DNA of 55,202 nucleotides, filler included, from Jimgerdemannia flammicorona (GCA_003990765.1; 3 parts of 3 records of this genome joined end to end with filler, not necessarily neighbours in it); one strand, 5' to 3'. Positions 12,457-26,044 are shown, counted from the first letter of the whole stretch. Numbers and translations are program-made. The notes: generated by a model not told the origin, from the letters alone.

Positions 12457-15400
12457 ATGACCCATCAACAGCGCTACCCGCAGGAGCAGCGCCCCATCAA
12501 CACACACATCGACCCGCGGGTCTCGCCCAACCTGACCTCGCGACCCACACCCAGCCCGCGAGGCTCGCCCGGCCTGCGAGTCTCACCCGCCTCGCGACTC
12601 ACACCCAGCCCGCGAGGCTCGCCCGGCCTGCGAGTCTCACCCGCCTCGCGACTCACACCCAGCCCGCGAGGCTCGCCCAGCCCGGGATTCCCGCCCAACT
12701 CGCGCTACTCCTACACTGGACACCTTTCTCCACAGTCCACATATGATCCACTGGCCGCCGTCTTCCTCGCTGTCCAGCAGCGCGACGTGAATTACCTCCG
12801 CACCGTACTCGACCGAGACCCGCTCGATTTGAATGCGGCACGAGATCGCGAGGGGCGTACGCCGCTCATTCTCGCGTCCGCGGAGGGGGCGTTTGAGATT
12901 GTCAGGTTCTTGTGTGGCGTGCAAGGGATAAATCTGGATTTGCAGGGTAGGTTTTGGGGGCATCTTTTCGGAGGTGTTTTGTCTGTGGCGCTTCGTACTA
13001 TATATCTCATCATCCGGTCCCTCCCGTTCAACAGATTATGAAGGTAACTCGGCGATACACCACGCATCCTTAGTTGGGTGGGCCGAAATCGTCGACCTCC
13101 TGATACAAGCTGGTGCCTATGTCGAAATCGAGAACGATGTGGGTACATTCCTTCCCCGTTTTCCCCCCTGCTTACTAGGCACTCCGAAACTGAATATTTC
13201 TTTTGGGATTCGTCTGAAACAGCAACACCTCACCCCTCTCATCGTCGCCGCCTATAGTGGCCAGGCCGAGGCATGCGCGCGGTTACTGGACGTGGGCCGC
13301 GCTGACCTTAACCACCGCGACGGCTCGGGCAAGACAGCGACCATACTGGCGGCGTATGAGGGGCATACCGATTGTGTGAATGTGCTACTGAAACGTGGAG
13401 CGAATATTGATGCGCAGGATCAGGTAAGAGGATGAGGAGGGTAGAACGTGCACCTGATGATGGTAGAGGTTAGGTTGTCTTTAAAAATCAACGACTCAAA
13501 ATTTTTCAATTTTTAATAAACGCACGCGCCGTGCCATTCGCACCCATCAGTACGGTTGGACGGCATTGATGCTCTCCGCCCATGCAGGCCAAATGGAAAT
13601 GTGTCGCCTCCTCCTCGTCAATGGCGCCAACCGCAACATCCGCAGTGGCAGCAACAAAGACGCAATGCTCCTCTCGCGGGACGCAGGTCATGCGGCGATC
13701 GCGGACATGATAGCGACTGGTGGCAGGATGCCGTCTACCCCCCGACCTCCAGGTGCCTCCTATGCCGAATACGGCGTGAAACCACCGCCACCGAAGCCGC
13801 CTGTGACCCCGAGACTCTTTGGCGATGTTCCAATAGATCGAGATAGCTTGGGCCTTGTAATACCCAAACACGACCCCAGGCGCGGCCGCGACCGACTGGT
13901 ACCAAGAAGCCAACGGCAGCGGGGCAACCCGCTATCCATGGGCGGGGCAACCTCGTCGATGCAATGGATCTCGCCGACGCACGGGCGGACGCCACTCAAC
14001 CCTGGCCAGGCGCAGCAGCGGTTGGGCGAACGGCGGGGCCCGGGGGACAACGTGGCGGACCTGCCGCCGCCCTCCAAGGAGAACACGGCGTGGGAACTCT
14101 TCGCGGTCGCCGTCACGTGCTGTTTCCCCAATATCTGCCTCAAGGGGATGGGCAAGAAGGATGCGCAGAGTAAGCAGGCGTGGCGCGAGAAGTGTGCGCT
14201 CTGCTTCGTCATCTTTCTCATCTCGTGCGTCCTTGGCTTCCTTACCTTTGGGCTGTCGTCGTTAGCATGTCAGAAGATCGTGCCCATCTACCCGCAGGAA
14301 GTCGCCGCACGGTACGGGGTCAACTCGACAGGTGCGAGGGTGATGATCGTGCGCGGGCAGCTGTATGATCTTGCGAGCTTTTTTAAGTACGGGTTCCATC
14401 GTCCCATCCTGCCCTACACCGACGCCGACCTAAAGCCGACCATTGACCAACTGTACGGGCAGGATATCTCGGCCCTCTTCCCCGCTAACCCCAACGTCTC
14501 CGGCTGCCCCTTCACGCCGTTGAACGGGCAGCTCTCGCTCGCGTGTAACTTTGAGGGCGACCCGCGGTGGCACTGCCACACGTCCAAGAACTCCAACTCC
14601 ATCCTTAAGTCGCTCAACTTCAACGGCCTCTGGGTCGCCTACACCTGGGACAACATTACACGCGGCGATGGAGGCCGTAAACTCTTAGCCTACAACGAGA
14701 AGGTCTTCGACGTTAGTTCTTACCTAAACCTCTCCCAGGATCAATGGTATCTCGGCATAGACATCAACCACCGTGCCCAGGTCTACGAGTGGATCAGCTC
14801 CTCCGTTGGCAAGGACATCACTCACGACGTGACCCGCAACCCAGCACACAAGGTCTTCATCCCCTGCTTCGAGGACCAGTTCCTGGTCGGCAAGGTCGAC
14901 GGCACCACAATCGGCTGTTACGCTACCAACTTCATCATCATTATCGAGACCGTTATTCTGATGGGCATCACGATCATCAAATTCGTCTCTGCCGTGGCAT
15001 TCGACTGGCTCTTCTCCCGGAAGCTCGGCAAGCTCAGCCGTGAGATAAAGTCCGGCGACAAGATATCATACGTCATGCTCCTTGTCACGTGCTACTCGGA
15101 AGGCGAGGATTCAATGCGCACCACCCTCAACTCCCTCGCCGCTTGCAAGTACTCGGACCGCCACAAGCTGCTCCTGGTCATCGCTGATGGAAATATTACG
15201 GGGTCGGGCGAGAGGCGCAGTACGCCTGACGTGTGCAAGTCGTTGATGGAGAGGCAGTCCCCGGACGAGCCCGAGCCGCAGTCCTACGTCGCCATCGGGT
15301 CCGGGCCAAAGGCACATAACATGGCGCAGGTGTACACCGGCTGGTACGTTTTCTTGGGACACCGGGTACCCATGATACTCATCAATAAGTGCGGGACTCC

Positions 15401-17025
15401 GACCGAACAGGGAAAACCCAAGGCGGGGAATAGGGGAAAACGCGACTCACAGCTGATTATGATGCAATGGTTAAGTAAGGTTCGTTGGCCTTGTCTTACT
15501 AGCTTCTCGAGGAGTTTGCTTTTTTTTTTTTTTTTTTTCCTGATACTCGATGGTATATTAAGCAAGCGCATCCATGATTCTCAACTGATATCTTGTGGAA
15601 TATTCAATCAGATCACATTTAACGAACGTATGACGCCACTTGAATTTGACCTTTTCGAAAAAGTGCGTGGCCTTGTTGGAGTTACAGCTGATAAATACGA
15701 AATGGTTTTGATGGTGGACGCCGATACCCGTATGTACTGTCTTATTCGATTGTCTTGTTTGTAAACCTAATCGGTTCTCTCAGGTTTGAGTATATCAATG
15801 ACTTACTCTTGTAGTAGTAAAACCTGACTCGCTGGCGAGGATGGTGGCGGCAATGGAACGGGATCCGGAGGTAATGGGTCTATGTGGGGAAACCAAAATT
15901 GCAAACAAGTCGCAGAGTTTTACGACCATGATCCAGGTTGGTTTCGTTTTATTATTTATGACGAACCAAATGATTACGTAAAGACTTGGTGATTTCACTT
16001 GCTAACGCATGGCTGAAAATATCATTATAGGTGTTCGAATACTATATCTCACACCATCTCGGCAAAGCATTCGAATCCATTTTCGGTGGTGTCACATGTC
16101 TTCCCGGCTGTTTCTGCATGTACCGTGTGAAGGCCCCAAAGTACGGAGGTTACATCGTCCCGATCCTGGCCAGCCCCGAGATCGTCGAGATGTACTCGTC
16201 GAACGTAGTGGATACGCTGCACCAAAAGAACCTCCTCCTGCTAGGGGAGGACCGGTACTTGACCACGCTCATGATCCGCACCTTTCCCAAGCGCAAGATG
16301 ATGTACGTGCCCAAGGCCGTGTGCAAGACAGTGGTGCCGGACAGCTTCAGCGTGCTTCTTTCGCAGCGCCGACGCTGGATCAACTCGACCATCCACAACC
16401 TCATGGAGCTCATTCTCGTTCCCCAGCTCTGCGGCATCTTCTGCTGCTCCATGCAGTTCGTCGTCTTCCTCGACCTAGTTGGCACCATCGTGTTGCCCGC
16501 CGCGCTGATGCTCTTGATCCTGCTCATCGTTGTCGGGACTGTGTTTCACCAGGACGTTCTATTGCCGCTGCTGTTCATGTCGGCGCTGTTCGTAATGCAA
16601 GCAATCTTGATTTTGCTCACAACGCACAAGCCAGTGTATGTGCTGTGGATGCTCGTGTACATCTTTGCCATTCCTATTTGGAATTTCGTGTTGCCCGTCT
16701 ATGCGTTCTGGCACTTTGATGGTGAGTAGGACAGACCACTGTGTGTTTGTTGTGTCCTCCTCCCTCGGTAATGATGATTATCGTCTCTAACCTCACCCCA
16801 TTTCCCACAGATTTCTCATGGGGTGCGACCCGCCAAATCCAGGGCGTAGACACAGGCCACGGCGAAGGAGCCATGGAAGTCTTTGACCCCTCAACAATCC
16901 CGATGAAAAAATGGCAGGACTGGCACCACGAAAAACGGCGGGCACAACTGATTCAGCGACAGAGAGGTGGTACGATACGCCGGGTTCCCTTGATGAATGA
17001 TAAAGTGTTTGGTGGGCATAAATAG
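12457..17025 (+). CDS. Chitin synthase (division 2, class IV/Chs3-like) with N-terminal ankyrin repeats; exons ~12457-12946, 13035-13138, 13223-13423, 13551-15479, 15612-15730, ~15815-15935, 16031-16721, 16811-17025
   Basis: Ankyrin motifs ([42 protein letters not shown]); AWREK + TM; cytochrome-b5-like luminal region; [48 protein letters not shown]. Confidence 0.92.
12548..12682 (+). repeat. 54-bp coding tandem repeat x~2.5 ([18 protein letters not shown])
   Basis: Near-perfect in-frame duplication visible in both DNA and translation. Confidence 0.9.
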
Positions 17026-17257
17026 TTGTTGGTGGGTTTGTAAATTAGGATGAATGTAACAACATATTAATATCCTGTACTTATATAAGAGGTGGGAATG
17101 AAAACCATCAGTGGCTAGGGAAAATTATCAAACTCTTTTCAAGTTGTGCAAAAATGAGATATAGGAGGAATTGGCTTCTAATGTTGTGACTGGCATTGTA
17201 TGAGACGCCACGAACACGAACCTCCCAAACACCACGATCTTTACCCTTTCTCGCGAC

Positions 17258-18182
17258 ATGGTGAGTATGAAACATTATCTATCTACTGGCCGAAGAAATC
17301 GACACTAACACCCTTGTTCTTGATACACTTATGTATTTAGCCTATTCAATACATTTCTACAATCGTCAAGGACGAAGGTAAATTCGACATATAATCCCCC
17401 GAAAATGTACTCTCCACCGAACACTCACCTAGTTCAACTTTCGCGGATAATGTTCAGCCCACCAAGATGGCATCTGGTCCGTTGCGTGGTCCCGCAACAC
17501 CAACCTTGTTATCACAGGGTCGGCCGACAACACGGTCAACTGCTGGTAGGCGTTTACTCTTGGACTTTTTTATATCCTCTCTACCAGGTCACAACAACTC
17601 AAAATCGAATCTTGTCGGTCTCGTGGATTGCTTGAAGGGATGGTAACTCGAGTACGCTCAAGTGTACTCTGAAGGGTCACCAACTTGGTGTAATATCTGT
17701 GGACGTGAACGCTAGGGGGACAGGTACGAAACAGACTTATTTGGGTAGACTTCAAATTAATGTGAATCGGAGAGAACTTTACTTTCTGCTGCTGACGCTT
17801 TGATTAGTGGCCGCTTCTACCTCCGTCGACTCGCAACTTCGCCTTTGGGACATTGAGAACCAAGGCGTCTGCCTCAAAACCATCAACGCCGGGCCAGGTA
17901 CGTGTACCTCTTCATATGTCTATTTTCATAAGACCTTTCTCCCACCGTCCTCAACACTCTCGATTCGCCACAACTTTGTGTGCTCACAGATGCTATTTCC
18001 TCTGTTGCTTTTCCTCTGTTGCTTCACATTCAGCGGAGGCCTGGGCGGTTAAATTTAGCCCCGACGGTCAGTACTTGGCCGCAGGCTCGCATAAAGGTGA
18101 TCTCAATATTTGGGGCGTCGAGAGCGGCGCGAAGGAATTGACATTGCAGACGCGAAAAAAATTTCTGCTGTGCACGGCTTAT
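17258..18182 (+). CDS. SKI8: WD40 protein Ski8/WDR61/Rec14, 5' part (cut by contig end)
   Basis: ATG-only first exon, then AHQDGIWSVAWS..TGSADNTVNCW, GHQLGVISVDV, AASTSVDSQLRLWD, AGP/AEAWAVKFSPDGQYLAAGS. Confidence 0.8.
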
Positions 18183-18336
18183 GTTCGTATTGATCGTTGC
18201 TTGGAGAAGTTGGGGTGATGTTTTGGAAATGGCGAGGAAGTAGGGCATTGAAAAAATGGCCTGTGATAAAGAAATCCCATCATGGAATAACCAACTCTGA
18301 GTTCCTCCTTCCTTCCTTCTTTCCTTTTTTTTTTTA

Positions 18337-18436
18337 NNNNNNNNNNNNNNNNNNNNNNNNNNNNNNNNNNNNNNNNNNNNTTAATTAATTAANNNNNNNN
18401 NNNNNNNNNNNNNNNNNNNNNNNNNNNNNNNNNNNN
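18337..18436. other. Artificial contig linker (N44-TTAATTAATTAA-N44)
   Basis: 100-bp N run with a central six-frame stop palindrome. Confidence 0.97.
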
Positions 18437-20289
18437 GCAAGGCTGGACTCTTTTTCTGAAAAGAGGGCCCAGAACAACCTTATGCCGTATTTTCTGAGAT
18501 GCGCAGAGTTGGGTTTCAAGTTGAAGACATCGACGGCGATAGATCGACCTTCTTGGATTTCTTCAAGGTTGAAAGAATGGCTTTCAACGAGCTGTGCCAG
18601 ATAATCATCAGCGGCGGAAACCTTGACACAGACTCTGGTTTCTTTGGGATTGGTGCTGTTGATATCCTTTGACAAGGATATTAGCATATTTGTGAGTGTG
18701 TGGGGGTGTAGGTGTGTGTTCTCTCCAGTTTTGACGGCTCTCCAGTTTGACGGTTAAACCGATTCGCCGGATCTGTCCTTTTCGGGTCAAACCCGGTTTG
18801 TGATACGAACCCGCTCATGGGTAAGACAAAGAGAACCACTATTATTTTTTCCTATTCTATTTATTCCTTTTATCATTTCCTGATCCTCCCAACATCTCCA
18901 GAACGGATATTATTTCGTCGGAACCTGACTTGCTTACAGAGCTCTTGTGGTTGATGTCGGTGGAGCTGACATGAACGCATAAATGGCATCGGCATTCTTC
19001 GCATGATTATCTCACTATCGTCTCTTCGTCTGTTCCCTGGCTTAAGCCCCAGCAACAACTGGATTAGGCGCTCACCGACGTTGCTTGAGTGAGATTTCCT
19101 TGTCCTTTGCTCATGTTTCGGCTCTTCCTCCCGTTTATCGAACCCGTTCCTGGCATCATATTTCCCCAACATACACACACACACACAGATCGTTTCCTCG
19201 GGCTTTTTGACTTACATGGATTTCGTGGTCTTGCAGATACTGGCGGAGAAGAAGCTGCAGTGAGGTCATGTCGTATCTCGGGGGATCGTTTTTTTTGTTA
19301 GCATGAATATTTTGGATGACGGTCGAGGTTAGGAGTTGAACGATTATCTTAAATACCAATAAAGGTCGTGCTAATGAGGGTGGGTGGAAATGATCATGAG
19401 GGACCCCAAAGACTGGTACGACCATGGCGGTGGCATGTAATTATCGACCAGACATGATCAAAAACAGGCATGCACACGAGTCCAACCCCACACGGCGAAT
19501 TCCCCCAACCTCTCCCGTACCCACCTTTGATCGGGCATTCCTCGGCCGTCTGCGGCATGTTGGCATCCTCGATCTCTGCCATAATTTCGGACTTCGCCTT
19601 GTTCTGCGGGCAAAAGACGTGGAGATACGATTTGAGAACGAAGACTGAGTCACATATTTATGAGGGGAAATCATCAAGTGAGGTTGGGAAGCTCACCTCG
19701 GTTCCCCAACCAGGGGAGAGAATGCCGCCGGGGAAATAGACATGGACGTTGTGCGAGACCTAAGGTGGTGGAGAAAATTTGTTGTGAAGTGAGACGGAAT
19801 AGTGACAATGAATATAACAAGAGCGAGTGCATGTGCATATCGCAGTGTGGGGACCCCCGCGCGTGAAATAGCCGCCTTTACAACCAAACCCAACACCTTT
19901 CTCCTCTGGGGACCACAAAGAGCCTACCACGGATCACGTGCTTGGCCAGCGCATATTCACTGTACCCGAGGGGTTGGCCAACACCATTTGTCATCATTTG
20001 GACGTTTTTACCTCCCATTGTTCTTTGGCCTCCCATTTTGTATTCCTGTTTGCGGATCTCGTTTGCACACTCCATCAATATTTCAGGCGATTGATTTTTG
20101 TGGGCTTTCCCGTTTTCCTGCCACTTTTTTTTTTTTTAGGGGTCTTCTACTTCCTCTTCTCCCTCTTGCCAACATATAGCTATTTCACATAAACACGGCC
20201 ATATTCATTCCTTCGCGTTAACTGTAACCATGGAAAAGGTCAGTATACTTCTATCAACTTCTTCATGAGAAATGAGATCAGGCTGTCTC

Positions 20290-20506
20290 CGCCATGTAAT
20301 ACCTGTCATGCCAGATGTCTGCTCCCGGTTATGCGTCCAGGGTTTGGGCCTTCAGAATGGGCTATGGGCTATTATTCGCTCTAGCCGGTCTTTTACACGG
20401 GTTGCTTAAGCTCTGACTCCATGAAAGTCAGCTTTCCCCGCTAAGTAATACCTGTCATGCCGGATGTCCGCTCCCGGTTATGCGTCCAGGTTTTGGGCCT
20501 TCTGAA
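20290..20506. repeat. Imperfect ~65-bp direct repeat, period 149 bp
   Basis: GTAATACCTGTCATGCC.GATGTC.GCTCCCGGTTATGCGTCCAGG.TTTGGGCCTTC.GAA starting at 20296 and 20445. Confidence 0.85.
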
Positions 20507-20783
20507 AGGTGATGACGCATGTCCAATGTGTGACCTGGAATCCGGCTTGACCAATTCCATTAAATGATTTCTGGTCTCCAGTTATGTTTCGTAGCCATAC
20601 GGTCATACTAACTATGTTCCTCTGCCTATTAGTATTTATGCAAAGTGCCGAGTAACGAGAAAAAGGACAAAGAAGCCGCCTTCCTTAAAACCGTGTTGAG
20701 CCCTTTCACCCCCGTCAAGTTTTATAAAAAATTTCGATACAAGGGAGCAGGAACATGCAATGTAAATAATCCACAGATTCTCC

Positions 20784-21058
20784 TTGGTGCACACGAAGAC
20801 AGTGGATTCTGTCTTTGCACGGACAGCGATACTCCTGATGATCGGGTTTCGATTTGATGATCGTATTATCAAGGACAGTGGATTCTGCTCCATTGGCCGT
20901 GCCGTGCGAAGAGAAACCAATATCACTTCTTGGTGCATACGAAGACAGTGGATTCTGTCTTTGCACGGACAGTGATACTCCTGATGGTCAGGTTTTGATT
21001 TGGTGGTTTTATTGTCAAGAACAGTGAATTCTGCTCCATTGGCCGTGCCATGCGAGAA
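20784..21058. repeat. Tandem duplication of a ~130-bp unit, period 146 bp, with internal GACAGTGGATTCTG sub-repeat
   Basis: TTGGTGCA.ACGAAGACAGTGGATTCTGTCTTTGCACGGACAG...CCATTGGCCGTGCC.TGCGA starting at 20784 and 20930. Confidence 0.88.
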
Positions 21059-21737
21059 GTACCATTTCTTGTTAATATCAATATCTTTTTCTTGAAGCAT
21101 GCAAAGGTAAGTTTTGTTTTATTTTTAATTTTCAGGATCAAGTTGATCAAGTTGACTAATAAATGAACACCTATATGTGCAATGGCAAGAATCACATTGA
21201 GGTTGTCCTGAAGGTTCACCAACCTTGGACGCATCGACGGGGCAGTTACTGGGCTTCGGAATCGAGACTCAGAATGGTAATGTGTTGATGGATCGGGTTC
21301 TGGCCTTCGCCTATGTCGACGCCTCGATGCATTTTGTGCCTTCTCCACATGTCTCGTCGCATGATGAGCCGCGATCCTTCTCTTGTTTTTTCAACCACTT
21401 CCTTCAAGTTTTTTCATGTAAGGATGAATATTGTGGCTTACTTGCTGCGCGACATGATCAATCTCATCTTTCCTTTTCTTTTTCTTAGAAATTAATTGAA
21501 TCACATCCCCGGCATGGTGTCGTCCACGCCGGCGGAATGGAGTGTCGTTCCCCCGTGGTTCGGCTTCATCACGCATAGTGATGCCCGCCACACCCCCAGC
21601 ACGGTGTCGTCCACACTGGGGAGGGTGTCGTTCCCAGTGGTTGACATTGTTGCGTGTGAGCTTGGTGATGGTCTCTATCGACAAATCACTTCACTTATCC
21701 TCTATCATCTGTTCCCTCCTTTTTCTTCCTGCCTCAG

Positions 21738-24017
21738 ATGAACGTCGCTTCTGGGAGGAGGATGTGGCACGCGTAAGTTCCTTTAGCTCAAAATTAATTT
21801 TATTCATTAGGATGGTTATGCTTTTATAAGATTATAATTATCGGGGCTAAATTGTTTTTCGTTTTTATTATCTAAACTCTAGCTGCGTCTGAAGCGAAAA
21901 GCGGATTGACGTACTTTGGAGATCACTTCTACAGCCGTCAATCATGAAATGAGAACCGTTCTGGATTTTTATGGTGAGAAATCAATGGTACATATCCACT
22001 GAACATGGGGAGCTGGCAAATCAGGATGAGGTATATGAAGTGAAGTAAATGTGTTCAATTATTAAGGGTTTGACTATTCATATGATGAGCACAATAGACA
22101 GGAGTTTACTGAAGGCGGGCTTACCGATGAGAGCGATGAACATGTCTATTTCGAGGACGAGGAAGACGAGGTAGTATGAGCTTGTACATTTACTGCGAAG
22201 TGGCAACATGTTTTGTATCTCATTCCGATTTCCTCTCCACAGACTTCGAAATCAAGAGCTTCGGGGCCGATCATAGCTCCTGCCACTATACGGTTTATAT
22301 GGAATATTTCGGCAATTACGAAGGGCAAGCTGTCGATCCTGCCCTATTTCTGGAGAACAATGAAGAATACAACATGGGCACTCATTTTTACCAGCCTTTC
22401 GATCACGGTGTGTGGGAAACATGGACCTCGAAGTCTGGTTCGAAAGTCCATAACTTCTTAAAGGCAGCAGCAAGAATTAAAGGTCATCAGTTGAGGTGAG
22501 TATTCGTTGTATTCTTGATGGCCATCACCGATTTTGCAGCCAGCTGACTACATTCAAATTTCTTAGGCCTGAAGTCTGGGGCATCGTTCGTTGCAGCCTA
22601 AATATTGCAAATGCCAAGTGGTGTAACAAGGAAGAATACGCCGAAATTCAGAGAAGCACCAAAAGTCAAAGTGTAGTCAATTCTCCAGAGCTAGTCATCA
22701 AGCTGTTGAGACAGGTACCGATCTCTCTCGTCATATCTTCTTGCGTTTGGTGATTTCCTTCGCTTTTTGTACTGTAACCCCTTCATTGGCCACAGAAATT
22801 GCTTTCATCTTTGGAAAGAGATCAAAATGAGCGAGCTGATCACGAGGCACTGTTTCTCGATGGTGACGTTACGACTACAGGAGGAATTTACTACAGATGC
22901 TTTCGGAAATTTCTCCCTCCCTGGCACCGCAAGACCTCTCGACCAAGTTCTTCATGCAAATTATAACCCGATTGTGAGTGATTTTTGTCCTTAGTTGCTT
23001 GTACTTGCGATGTCCGATGTCCATGCTGAATCATGTCTTCCCACTCCTTAGCACCCAATACATTTTTCCCGAGAGTTCCATCATGCAGCAAATCGGCGTT
23101 TCAGAAGCTAGTTACGCTGCCTACATCATCCACCCTTGTCTCATCGACCTTCTCTTAGGCATGGAGGACTGTGTGCATTACGAGCCGTAAGCACTCGTCC
23201 TGACCTTTCTTTCAGCAAAAATCTTGTTCGTTATTCATTCCGAACTCCTCTTACCTTCTTCAAGCGGTGAGAACATTCTTGACTCGATAGAATTGTGCCA
23301 TGAACATCGAAAATCCACAAGCACTTTTAAGCAGAAAGCTGACGGGATCATGTTTACCCGTATAACGAGATCTCTAGTTAAGATTGGACATTTGGAGATG
23401 AGCGGTGGCTACGATCACAAGGAGATACCATGGTCAACCTGGGATGGATGCTGCAAAGGTCCTGTCAGCTGCGCCTATATGTTAGAGGAGATTGGCGAAC
23501 GGTTTCGTGGCGTCTCTGAGGACTTATGCCGAGACCAGTCGTTTCCTTCATGACCCTTTTTTTTTTTTGCCACTCGTCTGATATTGTTCTTTCGCTTTTC
23601 AGGGAATCAGATCGAGCTTTGGCAGATGTATTGTCAGGCTCGTGGCATCTTGCAGCTTGAGAAAACTCACAAGGCCATCGTTCCTATGAGCTTCGCGGGA
23701 CAGCGCAAACATCTATTCGATTTCGTAGTCTTCTTGTGGGATTTAAAGGTATATTAAGTCAATTTCTTCTCATATGTAATTGTCCATCCATTGTTTCCTC
23801 ACCTCACCATATCCCTTGTTCTCAACACGGCTTGTTGAAAACTGCTCAATGGATCTCTCAGCTGCGAGAAGAAGATGACAATAATCTGTCAGGGGTCTCT
23901 GATCTCTCTGGCGGTCTCCCACCTCATCCGCTCACCCTGAACAAAGAGAAGCTCAAAACGACCGTCATGGTCGTGCTGCCAAACAGCAATAGCCTCAGCT
24001 CACCCATTCGACAATAG
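21738..24017 (+). pseudogene. Decayed multi-exon gene with a C-terminal restriction-endonuclease-like (Crinkler/CR-REase-type) domain
   Basis: Spliced pieces DERRFWEEDVAR, acidic linker, SEASYAAYIIHPCL, KQKADGI..IGHLEMSGG..D..CKG, IELWQM..VP..FLWDLK; in-frame TGA codons in the exon at 21883-22030. Confidence 0.55.
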
Positions 24018-24239
24018 CTGGACAACTCTCGTTTAAAGTCAGTTGACAGACCCCGATAAAGCCTGTACATTTTTTTTTTTTTTTTCGGTTGCACGTCTGA
24101 GCGAAATTAGTACACGTTTCCGTTAACCATCTTCCGATTTCACCTAGCCCTCGACTACTGTGCCACCGTACCCGATGTTACTGCAGTAGTATTACCGATG
24201 ACTGGGCATATCATATACTGCAGTAATTAAATACTACCA

Positions 24240-24493
24240 TAAAATAAAGGCAAATCTGTAATTATTTTATTACAATCAGCACAATAAAAATCTTTCTCAT
24301 AATATTACAGAAACACTTATCGATTCATCATCTGTTAATAATATATATATTATATTTCAATTTATCAAGAAGATTGTCATAATATCCTTTATATTATTGT
24401 TGCCTTTTATTTATCAAATTCTCATAAAATTGTATCTCTCAACTGTGAACATCTTATATTGACAATCATTAAGTGTATCACTTTATCCTCTTA

Positions 24494-24524
<31 letters not shown>

Positions 24525-25640
24525 TATTATTTTTACAAATACCAAGACACTTTATTAGCCCTAATCTATACTATATATGTATATATAAATGTCCTCTTAT
24601 CACAGCAGCCTCAGAGAATTAGGTTCAGAGAGTCCTGGAACTCTCAATCTTCTTCTCTTATTTACCTTATCCTCTGAGCTATCCAGATGTTATATTCTTC
24701 TTTAGCTATCTAATATTCTCCCTCAGACCTCAGCTCTAGCAGCTACATCACTACCAATACTCTTTTAGGAATATGTCCCCTCTTACCTGGCCCCTGCAAC
24801 TACTAGGTCTATATAATCTTTAATATTATAAACTATTACTATTCATTAGATTTCTCAATTATATTTATCTCTCTCTCCCAAACATCCATCTCTAATAATA
24901 GTTTATAAGAACCCAAAGACCCATAATTCTTCCCAAATCACTCTATATATTTTCTACTCTCTCTGCTAATTACTGCTATAAAGTTACCTCAACCACTTCT
25001 CCAGCTCTCTACTATATACTGCTCTAATAATTCTTCAATATTTTCAAAAACTTTTCATTTCTCTATATCTTGAAAAGATATGCTCTGGTATCTGTACCTC
25101 TATTACTCAACTTCTCATACTACTTATACTCTTAATAGTCTTCAATATACATTCACTCAGTCTTATATTTTAATATAATATCTTTTCCAGAAACTGCTAC
25201 CAAATTACTCAGAACCTGGGAGACAGTAGTTGCTGCAAATTATCTATTCATTTTTATATCTGAACTTATCCCCACTTCTCTCCAAACTCAGTTCTCTGCC
25301 AATCTATAGATTATCTCTCCAAGAATCTCACCCTCAGCTACTTTATAATATTCTTTAATATGTATTTACTCAGCCCTTTATCTCCTATCTCCAAGAGTCT
25401 CAAATCTCACCACCACCTCTATAAATCTCCTTCTTCTACCTTCTTTAGCTTCTGTACTCTCTTATATATATTATTTTTATTATTTTTATTATAAATCTTA
25501 TTTTATTATATAAAATAATTCTATCTAAACCTCTTTATATTTATTTACTTTAAAATAGAGTAATAATATTATAGAGTTAATAAGATTGAAAGATATCTAC
25601 TCAAGTGAGTTATAAATATATTTTAATATAACTTAACATA
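24240..25640. mobile_element. Heavily mutated AT-rich, CpG-poor transposon relic (probably an old LINE)
   Basis: G-poor/C-rich strand bias like the adjacent LINEs, almost no CpG, abundant TpA, no long ORF. Confidence 0.45.
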
Positions 25641-25645
25641 AGTAT

Positions 25646-25891
25646 TGTAACAAACCAAAACATATCACCCGAATTATAACTTAGTCAGATGGCACAAATA
25701 ATTAGCATACTTAACCAGATGACATGGGCTCTCAGCATGATATGACTTCCAGTATATCATAGTTACTTATGACTGCCACACTTATAATTAGCCAGACATA
25801 CCAAATAGGGTCTGTTTACTCTGTATACTGCACAGACTCTGTACACCTGCTATAAGTAGCAAACCTATAGTTAGCCACAAGTAATCAGATA
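25646..25891 (+). mobile_element. Possible LTR fragment interrupted by a LINE tail
   Basis: Composition switches at TGTAACAAACC (LTR-type 5' end) and the segment ends abruptly at the LINE poly(A). Confidence 0.3.
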
Positions 25892-26044
25892 TTTTTTTTT
25901 TTTTATTTTTTTTTTTTATAGTCACTTGGACTCCTTTATTCCACTAGTCTATAGAATTACACTATTTATGTATCACATTGATTACCCTAGAACAACAATG
26001 AACCCAACCCTCCACTATTTGATAATAATACAAGGAAGTGCCCT

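Noticed and set aside
18437..19900. Short ORFs at the start of contig 2
   Set aside because: No recognisable domains or consistent splice model
20290..21640. CRISPR-like array
   Set aside because: Only two copies per unit, long degenerate repeats, eukaryotic context, no cas genes
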